From: Clostridia bacterium DTU025
Lineage (GTDB): Bacteria; Bacillota; DTU025
NCBI GenBank assembly: GCA_001513145.1
Contig: LFSP01000037.1
Coordinates: forward strand, 3,163 to 67,162
Direction of reading: 5' to 3'
DNA length: 64,000 nt
A program made the position numbers and the translations under genes. This document shows positions 9,200 through 16,418 of the stretch, in pieces. Each line of letters begins with the position of its first letter. Positions within the stretch are counted from its first letter, which is position 1. Under the pieces are notes generated by a model that was not told where the DNA came from, searched no databases, and saw only the letters and a list, made by a program, of their open reading frames with translations.

Positions 9200-9508
9200 T
9201 TGAGAATTAAGGAGCACCCGATCCTTGAATTTCCTACAGGTAAGGAGGTTAAGTTCACTTTCGACGGTCAAGAGATGACCGGCATCGAGGGCGAGCCCAT
9301 AGCGGCAGCTCTACATGCAGCAGGCGTGAGAGTCCTCCGGCACAGTCCTCGTCTGGGCCGTGCGCGGGGGTTTTTCTGCGCCATAGGCACCTGTTCGTCG
9401 TGTCTGATGACTGTCGACGGAGTTCCCAACGTGCGAGTGTGCATCGAGCCCCTGAAGGAGGGCATGGTGGTGCAAACCCAAAAAGGCCACGGAGTTCTGC
9501 CGGTGTAG
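9200..9508 (+). CDS. 2Fe-2S cluster-binding small subunit (HcnA / sarcosine-oxidase-alpha N-terminal type)
   Basis: FDGQEMTGIEGEPIAAALHAAGVRVLRHS...FCAIGTCSSCLMTVDGVPNVRVC. TTG 9200 follows a GGAGGG RBS (ORF track starts at 9161). Confidence 0.7.
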   Translation: MRIKEHPILEFPTGKEVKFTFDGQEMTGIEGEPIAAALHAAGVRVLRHSPRLGRARGFFCAIGTCSSCLMTVDGVPNVRVCIEPLKEGMVVQTQKGHGVLPV

Positions 9509-9535
9509 CCGGCGATCGAGGCGGCAATAGGGACG

Positions 9536-10636
9536 GTGACTCAGTTGAGAGAGGTTGACATCGTTGTGGTGGGTGCCGGGCCCGCGGGGTTGGCCGCAGC
9601 GCTCGCGTGCGGCCGGGCTGGCGCTGAGACCCTACTGGTTGACTTCATGGACGCCCCAGGCGGGCAGCTCATCAAGCAGACCCACAAGTTCTTCGGATCC
9701 GAACGCCAGTACGCTGGCACTCGCGGGGTCCAGATTCCTGAGATCTTCTTCAAAGAGCTTTCAGAGATGCCCAACGTCAAGATGATGTGGGGCACCAACG
9801 CCGCCGGCTATTACGAGGACGGGACTTTAGCTCTTGAGGACGGCCAGCGCTTCTTCAAGGTCAAGCCCAAGAGGGTTATCCTGGCCACAGGCGCGGCCGA
9901 GAAGTCCCTTGCCTTCGAGAACAACGACCTGCCCGGTGTGTACGGCGCCGGCGCCGTACAGACACTCATGAACGTGCACGGCGTGGAGCCCGGCAAGCGC
10001 GTGCTCATGGTCGGCTCGGGCAACATCGGCCTCATCGTCAGCTACCAGTTGCTTCAGGCAGGCGTTCATGTGCAGTGTGTGGTGGAAGCGGCGCCCAAGA
10101 TCGGCGGCTACCTTGTGCACGCGGCGAAGCTGCGCAGGGCCGGAGTGCCGATACTAACCTCCCACACCATACTCAGGGCTGCGGGCAAGGACTGCGTTGA
10201 GGGCGCCGACATAGCCAAAGTGGATGCGAACTGGCAGCCTGTGCCAGGCACCGAGAGGCGCATCGACTGCGACGTCATATGCCTCGCTGTGGGGCTGACG
10301 CCGCTGGTGGACGTGCTGTGGCAGGCAGGCTGCGAGATGGTATACGTGCCGGCCTTGGGTGGGCACGTCCCGCTGAGAGACCACTCGATGAGGACGTCCA
10401 ACCCGCGGATATACGTGGCAGGCGACGCCGGCGGCGTGGAGGAGGCCAGCTCCGCCATGATCACCGGCGAGATCGCGGGGATCAGCGCTGCCGCGTCCAT
10501 CGGCATGATGCCCGCAGGGGCCCAGGAGAGGCTGAACCAGCTCATCGCCGACCTGGCCGCCATAAGATCCGGCCCCACGGGCGAGAAGATCTGCTACGGC
10601 ATCAGCTGTGCTACAGTCAGGGGAGGTGCATGGTAA
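9536..10636 (+). CDS. NAD(P)/FAD-dependent pyridine nucleotide-disulfide-type oxidoreductase subunit (OoxA/LhpE-like)
   Basis: Dinucleotide fold VVVGAGPAGLAAALACGRAG, a second Rossmann motif MVGSGNIGL, and C-terminal YVAGDAGG. Confidence 0.8.
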   Translation: MTQLREVDIVVVGAGPAGLAAALACGRAGAETLLVDFMDAPGGQLIKQTHKFFGSERQYAGTRGVQIPEIFFKELSEMPNVKMMWGTNAAGYYEDGTLALEDGQRFFKVKPKRVILATGAAEKSLAFENNDLPGVYGAGAVQTLMNVHGVEPGKRVLMVGSGNIGLIVSYQLLQAGVHVQCVVEAAPKIGGYLVHAAKLRRAGVPILTSHTILRAAGKDCVEGADIAKVDANWQPVPGTERRIDCDVICLAVGLTPLVDVLWQAGCEMVYVPALGGHVPLRDHSMRTSNPRIYVAGDAGGVEEASSAMITGEIAGISAAASIGMMPAGAQERLNQLIADLAAIRSGPTGEKICYGISCATVRGGAW

Positions 10637-10929
10637 TGCCGGAGAATCCGCGACCTGACGACAACACCATCATCTGCCGTTGCGAGGATATCACCCTGGG
10701 GGAGATCCGAGCTCTGATCGCCCAGGGTTACACCACTATCGACGAGATCAAGCGCGTGTCAAGGGCGGGCATGGGGCAGTGCCAGGGCAGAACCTGCCGT
10801 CAGCTGATAGCCAGAGAGATCGCGCAGGCACTGGGCATTACCGTGGAACAGGTGGAGCTTCCTCAGTTCAGGCCTCCGACGAGGCCGATTGTCCTGTCCA
10901 CGATAGTGGAGGGCGAAGGCAATGAGTGA
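10630..10929 (+). CDS. BFD-like (2Fe-2S)-binding domain protein
   Basis: IICRCEDITLGEIRALIAQGYTTIDEIKRVSRAGMGQCQGRTC. ATG 10630 overlaps the upstream stop. Confidence 0.75.
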   Translation: MVMPENPRPDDNTIICRCEDITLGEIRALIAQGYTTIDEIKRVSRAGMGQCQGRTCRQLIAREIAQALGITVEQVELPQFRPPTRPIVLSTIVEGEGNE

Positions 10930-12073
10930 GTACAGCGCAGATGTGGTCGTCATCGGAGGCGGAGTAGTCGGATGCGCCGTGGCGTTCGAGCTGGCGCAGC
11001 GCGGCTGCACCAACGTGATCGTGGTTGAGCGTGGCACGCTGGCGTGCGGGTCGACGGGCCGGTGCGGCGCCGGAGTGAGGCAGCAGTTCGGCACCGAGCT
11101 CAACTGCGTGCTGGCCAGGGAATCCGTGCGCATCTTCGAGAAGATGGACGAGTACCTGGACTACGAGCCAGGCGTGGAGTTCAGGCAGAGCGGCTACCTG
11201 ATACTGGCTTTCAGCGACAAGCAGTGGGACCAGTTCAAGAAGAACGTCGCCCTGCAGCGCAGCCTCGGCATCGACGTGAAGATGCTCACGGTGGATGAAG
11301 CCCTGGAGATCGTCCCGTTCCTCAACACCGAGGGCATGGTCGGGGCCACCTTCTGCAACACAGACGGGTTCGCCAACCCGTTCCATACCACCTTCGCGTA
11401 CGGCCAGGCCGCGAAGAGGCTTGGCGTTCGCATCATGACCCACACCACGGTTACAGGCATCGAGGTGGAGAACGACAGGATAAAGGCCGTGGTGACTGAC
11501 AAGGGCAAGATCGCCACCGACACGGTGGTGAACTGCGCAGGAGCTTACTCCGGCGACATCGCCAAGATGGCCGGCATCGACCTGCCGGTGTGGGGCGAGA
11601 GGCACCAGATCCTTGTTACGGAGCCTGTGGAGCCCCTGATGGGACCGATGGTGATATCGTTCCATCACGACTTCTACTTCCAGCAGTCGGTGCACGGAAG
11701 CTTCCTGGGCGGGATCGGCCTGCCGGAACCGAAGGGCTACAACATCATGTCGACGGTGGAGTTCCTGGAGAGGATGGCCGCCACGCTCAAGCAGCTGCTG
11801 CCGCCCTTGACTCAGTTGAGGGTGGTGAGGCAGTGGGCAGGGCTGTACGACAGGTCGCCTGATGCCCAGCCCATCCTCGGCGAGTGCCCGCCTGTGGAGA
11901 AGTTCTACAACGCCAACGGCTTCTCCGGCCACGGATTCATGGTCGCCCCCATCGTGGGTGTGCTCCTGGCGGAGCTTATCACCACTGGCAAGACCTCCAT
12001 CGACATCAGCAAGCTGGACATGGGCAGGTTCGCCCGCGGTGAGCTGGTGTTTGAGCCTTCCGTGGTGGGCTAA
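10922..12073 (+). CDS. FAD-dependent oxidoreductase, sarcosine/proline/opine dehydrogenase beta-subunit type (DAO family)
   Basis: VVVIGGGVVGCAVAFELAQRG N-terminal FAD fold and C-terminal NGFSGHGFMVAPIVG. Overlaps the upstream stop. Confidence 0.85.
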   Translation: MSEYSADVVVIGGGVVGCAVAFELAQRGCTNVIVVERGTLACGSTGRCGAGVRQQFGTELNCVLARESVRIFEKMDEYLDYEPGVEFRQSGYLILAFSDKQWDQFKKNVALQRSLGIDVKMLTVDEALEIVPFLNTEGMVGATFCNTDGFANPFHTTFAYGQAAKRLGVRIMTHTTVTGIEVENDRIKAVVTDKGKIATDTVVNCAGAYSGDIAKMAGIDLPVWGERHQILVTEPVEPLMGPMVISFHHDFYFQQSVHGSFLGGIGLPEPKGYNIMSTVEFLERMAATLKQLLPPLTQLRVVRQWAGLYDRSPDAQPILGECPPVEKFYNANGFSGHGFMVAPIVGVLLAELITTGKTSIDISKLDMGRFARGELVFEPSVVG

Positions 12074-12178
12074 GTAAATCGTGTGAACATAGAGGATTTT
12101 CGGCAGATGGCGTAGAAAGAGGAGGGAGCGCCTATGTAAGGTAACCGGCGCATATGCAGGTCAAGGAGGAAACGCCCG

Positions 12179-12877
12179 ATGCTGGAGTACTTCCGCGCTG
12201 GTGGGCCAGTGATGTACCCGATACTGATCTGTTCAGTAGTGGGTCTGGCCATAGCTCTGCAAAAGTTCGTGCAACTGGTTTTTCTATCCTCGAACACTGA
12301 TCAGCTCATGCGCACGGTTAAGCTCCACCTGGCACACAACCATCATGCAGAAGCGCTGCACGCAGCGCAGTCGGCCCGCGGTCCCATCGCAGGTCTGGCT
12401 GTCGCTGCGTGTTTGGCGTACGGGAAGACCAAGAGCCAGGTACAAGAGGCGGTGGAGCTTGCCGGCAGAGAGCAACTTCACATCCTTGAACGCAGGATGA
12501 CCGTCCTGGACGGCATAGTGACCCTGGCACCCCTGCTCGGGCTGCTCGGCACGGTGACTGGCCTGATCAGGAGCTTCAACGTGATGAGCGCTTTCGGCGG
12601 ACTCACCACCCCGGCCCAGCTGTCCGGCGGGATAGCTGAGGCCATGATCACCACAGCTGCCGGTCTGATCGTGGCGGCTCCGCTCATGCTTGCCTACCTG
12701 TGGCTGTCAAACATGATCGATGAAAAGGTGGCCGAGATGGATGCCTGTGCCGCGGAACTGATCGAGGCAGCCGCCGCGCCAATTGCCCCTGCGGCTCCGG
12801 CGACTCCGACTGCACCGGGACCGGGTATGGGGTCGGCCGACGCGAGGGGGACAGGCAATGTTTTCCCAGTATCGTAG
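12179..12877 (+). CDS. exbB: MotA/TolQ/ExbB family proton channel protein
   Basis: GGPVMYPILICSVVGLAIAL...LAPLLGLLGTVTGLIRSF...GGIAEAMITTAAGLIVAAPLMLAY. AAGGAGG RBS. Confidence 0.85.
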   Translation: MLEYFRAGGPVMYPILICSVVGLAIALQKFVQLVFLSSNTDQLMRTVKLHLAHNHHAEALHAAQSARGPIAGLAVAACLAYGKTKSQVQEAVELAGREQLHILERRMTVLDGIVTLAPLLGLLGTVTGLIRSFNVMSAFGGLTTPAQLSGGIAEAMITTAAGLIVAAPLMLAYLWLSNMIDEKVAEMDACAAELIEAAAAPIAPAAPATPTAPGPGMGSADARGTGNVFPVS

Positions 12878-13283
12878 ACGCCACCGCACGCGGGTAGAAC
12901 TGACCCCGATGATCGACATCATGTTCTACCTGGTGATCTTCTTCATGATCTTCGGCACCTTCAGGACAGAGACCGCGGGAGTGCCGCTGGAGCTGCCACG
13001 GGCCGCCACTGCGCAGGACCTGGCCCGGGACCACCTGGTGATCACCGTGGACGGCCAAGGCAGAATCTTCTACGAGGGCCGCGTGATGACGGATTCCGAT
13101 CTCACCCGGACGCTCTTGCCCATCCTCAGGTCGACGCCTGACAGGGTTGTCATAATCAAGGCTGACCGGTCCATCAGCTACGAGAGGCTGGTTCAGACCA
13201 TCGACGCGATCAGAATGGCTGGTGGTGCAAGACTGGCGCTGGCGGTTGAGAGAGCCACCAGGGCTGGCGGTGTCACACCATGA
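12858..13283 (+). CDS. exbD: ExbD/TolR family biopolymer transport protein
   Basis: [20 protein letters not shown] with the conserved TM Asp. Periplasmic domain [26 protein letters not shown]. Overlaps the exbB end. Confidence 0.85.
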   Translation: MFSQYRRRHRTRVELTPMIDIMFYLVIFFMIFGTFRTETAGVPLELPRAATAQDLARDHLVITVDGQGRIFYEGRVMTDSDLTRTLLPILRSTPDRVVIIKADRSISYERLVQTIDAIRMAGGARLALAVERATRAGGVTP

Positions 13284-14335
13284 TGCGACGGAGGCCGACA
13301 CGGCGTCGGGCGCGGGCACAAGACGAGTGGATCAGTTGGACCATATCCATTGCAGTCCATGTGCTGATCCTCTTGCTGGTGCCCATCAGCATTGAGCCGG
13401 TGTTCGACGTATATCCCCTTGACTTCGCTGGCGTAGTGGAGATCGCGCCGCTCCAGGCTGCGCCTGCGTCACCCTCTCCTGCGCCAGGCGTGCAGATGGC
13501 GCCGCAGGAGACGAGGCCTACCACGGTGGCGCAGCAGCCCGCCCCTAAGCCTGAGCCGCAGCCTGAGCCCAAGCCTGAGCCGGTGGTGACGACGCCTCCG
13601 CAGCCTCAGCCCCAGGTGGTGGAGCTGAAACCAGAGCCGGAGCCAGAACCAGAGCCGGAGCCCGAGCCTGTGCCCGAGCCGGAACCGGAACCGGAGCCCC
13701 AGCGGGAACCTGAGCCCGAGGTGACGCCGGTGGAGCCGGTGGAGGAGGCGGTATCCGAGGACACGTTGCTCACGAGCCCGCAGGGGGAGATCCCCATCGA
13801 GACCCAGCCGGAGCCTGAGGTTGAGCCGGAGCCTGAGCGGATCCCGGCGGAGCCCGACGCGCCTGTGGCCGAGCCGACGGAGCCGGGGCCCGACCTGATG
13901 GCCATGGCCGAGCAGGTTGAGGTGACGGAGGTGTCGGAGGTGGGCGTGGGCTCGCCTGACGGCACCGGAACGCTTCCGAGGCCGGAGTTTCCCGGCACCG
14001 ACCCGACGGGCTGGAGCATGATAAGGACCACCGGAGGTAGCGACCACGGAGTGTGGATCCCCAAATCCGTGCAGAACGTGCGGGGCAGGGGGGAAGCCGT
14101 GGTGCGCGTGGAGGTAAGCGCAGACGGAGTGCTCAAGGACGCGCACCTGGTGCAGGAGCCTCCCGATTCCCCCATGACCTCAGCCATCCTCAACGCGGTC
14201 CGGTCGTCGTGGGCGTTCAACCCTGACATCACGGAGGGCCGTAAGGACTCATACTTCATCGAGTTCGTCGTGGGCTACGACGGCGGAACCGGCGAAGTGT
14301 GGGTGGAAAGCAGACGCACCTATTACGAGCAATAG
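13280..14335 (+). CDS. TonB-like energy transducer
   Basis: N-terminal TM with an SxxxH motif (SIAVH), long Pro-Glu/Pro-Lys spacer, and a C-terminal TonB_C-like region [49 protein letters not shown] overlap with exbD. Confidence 0.7.
   Translation: MMRRRPTRRRARAQDEWISWTISIAVHVLILLLVPISIEPVFDVYPLDFAGVVEIAPLQAAPASPSPAPGVQMAPQETRPTTVAQQPAPKPEPQPEPKPEPVVTTPPQPQPQVVELKPEPEPEPEPEPEPVPEPEPEPEPQREPEPEVTPVEPVEEAVSEDTLLTSPQGEIPIETQPEPEVEPEPERIPAEPDAPVAEPTEPGPDLMAMAEQVEVTEVSEVGVGSPDGTGTLPRPEFPGTDPTGWSMIRTTGGSDHGVWIPKSVQNVRGRGEAVVRVEVSADGVLKDAHLVQEPPDSPMTSAILNAVRSSWAFNPDITEGRKDSYFIEFVVGYDGGTGEVWVESRRTYYEQ
13545..13720 (+). repeat. Imperfect tandem hexanucleotide (GAGCCN / CCNGAG) repeats encoding the (PE)n/(PK)n spacer of the TonB-like protein
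   Basis: ccagagccggagccagaaccagagccggagcccgagcctgtgcccgagccggaaccggaaccggagccc read directly. Confidence 0.7.
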
Positions 14336-14359
14336 TCCTGGAACGGAGGTGGAGGTGGC

Positions 14360-16387
14360 ATGGGCGCGCACAGGTCCGTTATGACGAAGGCATGGGCGCT
14401 GGTGGTGCTGTGTTTCGCTATGGCGCTGGCGCTGATGCTCGCTGCGCCAGAAGCGGCGGCTCAGACTGCCCCTCTTTCCATAAGTAACGAGTTCATCAGC
14501 ATTTACGTGAATCCAGGGCCGGAGGAGGCAGGCCGCTTCGGTGTTGAGACCACCGGCGGCGACCCGGCCAACCCCGACGATGACAACATGCCTCTGATAT
14601 ACGGGCGTCCTATGCCATGGACGTCCTACACCACGCTACGCATCGACGGAGTCGACTGGGTGTTCGGAGGCAAGACCACGCGCAGGGCAGGAAGGACTGC
14701 CAGGTACGGCGAGGAAGTGTCCGCGCCTGCTGTGGTGGGTAACAAGATAACCACCACGTACGCGTTGGGTGATATCGTGGCCACGCAGGAGCTTTCCTTC
14801 GCCAAGAGCCCCACGACACGGTATCTCGACACCGCCAGGATCCACTACATAGTGGAGAACAGGAGCTCGTCCGTGAGGTACGTGGGCCTGAGGGTGCTCA
14901 TAGATACCATGCTCGGGCAGAACGATGGCGCGCCGCTCAGGTCTGGCGACGTGGCGGTGCTGGGCGACACGGTGTTCTCGGGCGCAGGCATGAGCGACTA
15001 CTGGCAGGCCTTCGACTCGCTGGTGGAGCCCACGCTGACTAGCCAGGGAACGTTGGTGGGGGGCGAGCTGACTCCCCCTGACTCTCTGGTGTTCTCCAAC
15101 TGGGGCACCTTCGCCGATGAGCCGTGGGATGCCACCATCGTACCCGGCAGGGAGTTCGTGCGAACCTTCGAGGCGGAGCTGGACTCCGCTGTGGCCATGT
15201 ACTGGAACCCTGTCGCGTTCGCCCCAGGTGAAGTGCGGCATTATGTTACTTACTACGGACTGGGCGGCATCACGCTGGCGCCTGGCCAGCTCACGTTGGG
15301 CATCACTGCGCCTTCGGAAGTGGCCCTGTCGGCTCAGGGCACGGCGACGTTCACCGCGGTGGCATATGTGGCCAACACCGGCGAGGGGCCGGCGCACGAC
15401 GTCACAGCGCAGGTGAGGCTGCCTGCAGGGTTCCGCCTGGCCGCTGGCCAGCAGGCCGTGAGGGCGCTGGGCGATCTGGAGCCCGGTCAGGTGGGCCAGG
15501 CGTCGTGGAAGATCAGCGTGGATCTGACGGCGTCGGGCGGCGGCGACCTGGTGGTGCAGGTGGACGCCAACAACGCAGAAGGCAACCGCGTGGTGCGAAG
15601 GGTGGATGTTCTGGGCCCGCCAAGGCTGCTGGCTTCCATCAGGCGCATCGAGGCGGTGGAGAACCGCGGCGAGCGGCTGTATCCGTGGCCGTTCAGGGCG
15701 ACGTTACGGGTGGAGAACACCGGAGGATCCGAGGCGTACTGGGTCAAGGCCAGCCTCGACTCGGCAGGTGGGTTCACCCTGGTGGGCGGCGATCACCGCC
15801 AGGTGTTCTTGGGAACGCTGGGGCCCGGCCAGTTCCAGGATGTGGTGTTCACGCTGGGAGGTGAGCCTACCCCAGGCGAGCACAGGCTGGCCATGTCGGC
15901 CCAGGCCCAGAACGTGCCTGCGTCCATCGCCAGCGCCTCTGTGCAGGTGCCCAGGCTGGTGCCGAAGGTGTGGGCGAGGGCTTCGACGGATCTGGTCACA
16001 GTCGGGGAGATCGTGCACTGCGACATCATGGTCACCAACGTGCCTGACGCCCGCAGCATCCGCTTCGACGTGGTCTACGACAACACCCTGGTTTACGCCA
16101 TGACCAGCCGCGGCACCCTCAACGTGTCAGGGGGCACCCTGGGGCGCTGGGTGGATGGAGACGCCGTCACGGTGCCCGGCAGGGTAAGGGGGATAGAGGC
16201 GGAGCTTCTGCCCAGCGACGACGGAGTGCGCTGGGGCAGCGCGGCTTCACTGTATTTCCTCGCCGCTTCCCAGGGAGTGGGAAGGGTGCATATCGAGAAC
16301 GTGGTGCTATTGAACTCCGAGGGGCGCGAGATAACCCTCGAACAGCCTCCGGCGTCGTGCACGATATCGATCGCCGGGAAGAAGTAA
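14360..16387 (+). CDS. Secreted multidomain protein of unknown function
   Basis: Sec signal peptide MTKAWALVVLCFAMALALMLAAPEAAAQ. About 300 aa of unrecognised N-terminal domain, two CARDB/NEW3-like beta-sandwich segments (...VANTGEGPAHDVTAQVRLPAGF... and ...LRVENTGGSEAYWVKASL...), and a cohesin-like C-terminus (VTNVPDARSIRFDVVYDNTLV). GGAGGTGGAGGTGG RBS lies 24 nt after the tonB-like stop. Confidence 0.6.
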   Translation: MGAHRSVMTKAWALVVLCFAMALALMLAAPEAAAQTAPLSISNEFISIYVNPGPEEAGRFGVETTGGDPANPDDDNMPLIYGRPMPWTSYTTLRIDGVDWVFGGKTTRRAGRTARYGEEVSAPAVVGNKITTTYALGDIVATQELSFAKSPTTRYLDTARIHYIVENRSSSVRYVGLRVLIDTMLGQNDGAPLRSGDVAVLGDTVFSGAGMSDYWQAFDSLVEPTLTSQGTLVGGELTPPDSLVFSNWGTFADEPWDATIVPGREFVRTFEAELDSAVAMYWNPVAFAPGEVRHYVTYYGLGGITLAPGQLTLGITAPSEVALSAQGTATFTAVAYVANTGEGPAHDVTAQVRLPAGFRLAAGQQAVRALGDLEPGQVGQASWKISVDLTASGGGDLVVQVDANNAEGNRVVRRVDVLGPPRLLASIRRIEAVENRGERLYPWPFRATLRVENTGGSEAYWVKASLDSAGGFTLVGGDHRQVFLGTLGPGQFQDVVFTLGGEPTPGEHRLAMSAQAQNVPASIASASVQVPRLVPKVWARASTDLVTVGEIVHCDIMVTNVPDARSIRFDVVYDNTLVYAMTSRGTLNVSGGTLGRWVDGDAVTVPGRVRGIEAELLPSDDGVRWGSAASLYFLAASQGVGRVHIENVVLLNSEGREITLEQPPASCTISIAGKK

Positions 16388-16418
16388 GACACACTGCAAG
16401 TCGAGGGAGGGAACCAAG

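Noticed and set aside
10868-11932. Long antisense or off-frame ORFs, e.g. 10868-11932 (-), 3244-4194 (-), 24332-25516 (-), 26379-28157 (-), 25790-27109 (-), 35711-36334 (+), 63121-63789 (+)
   Set aside because: They lie opposite or out of frame with strongly recognisable genes (DAO oxidoreductase, dxs, mutS, mutL, oppF, ispH-S1) and have low-complexity Arg/Gly/His/Pro composition. They are a stop-codon-poor artefact of high GC.
13545-13720. Short tandem repeats considered as a possible CRISPR or other array
   Set aside because: The units are 6 nt, lie in frame within the TonB-like CDS and encode a Pro-Glu linker. There is no spacer/repeat architecture and there are no cas genes.
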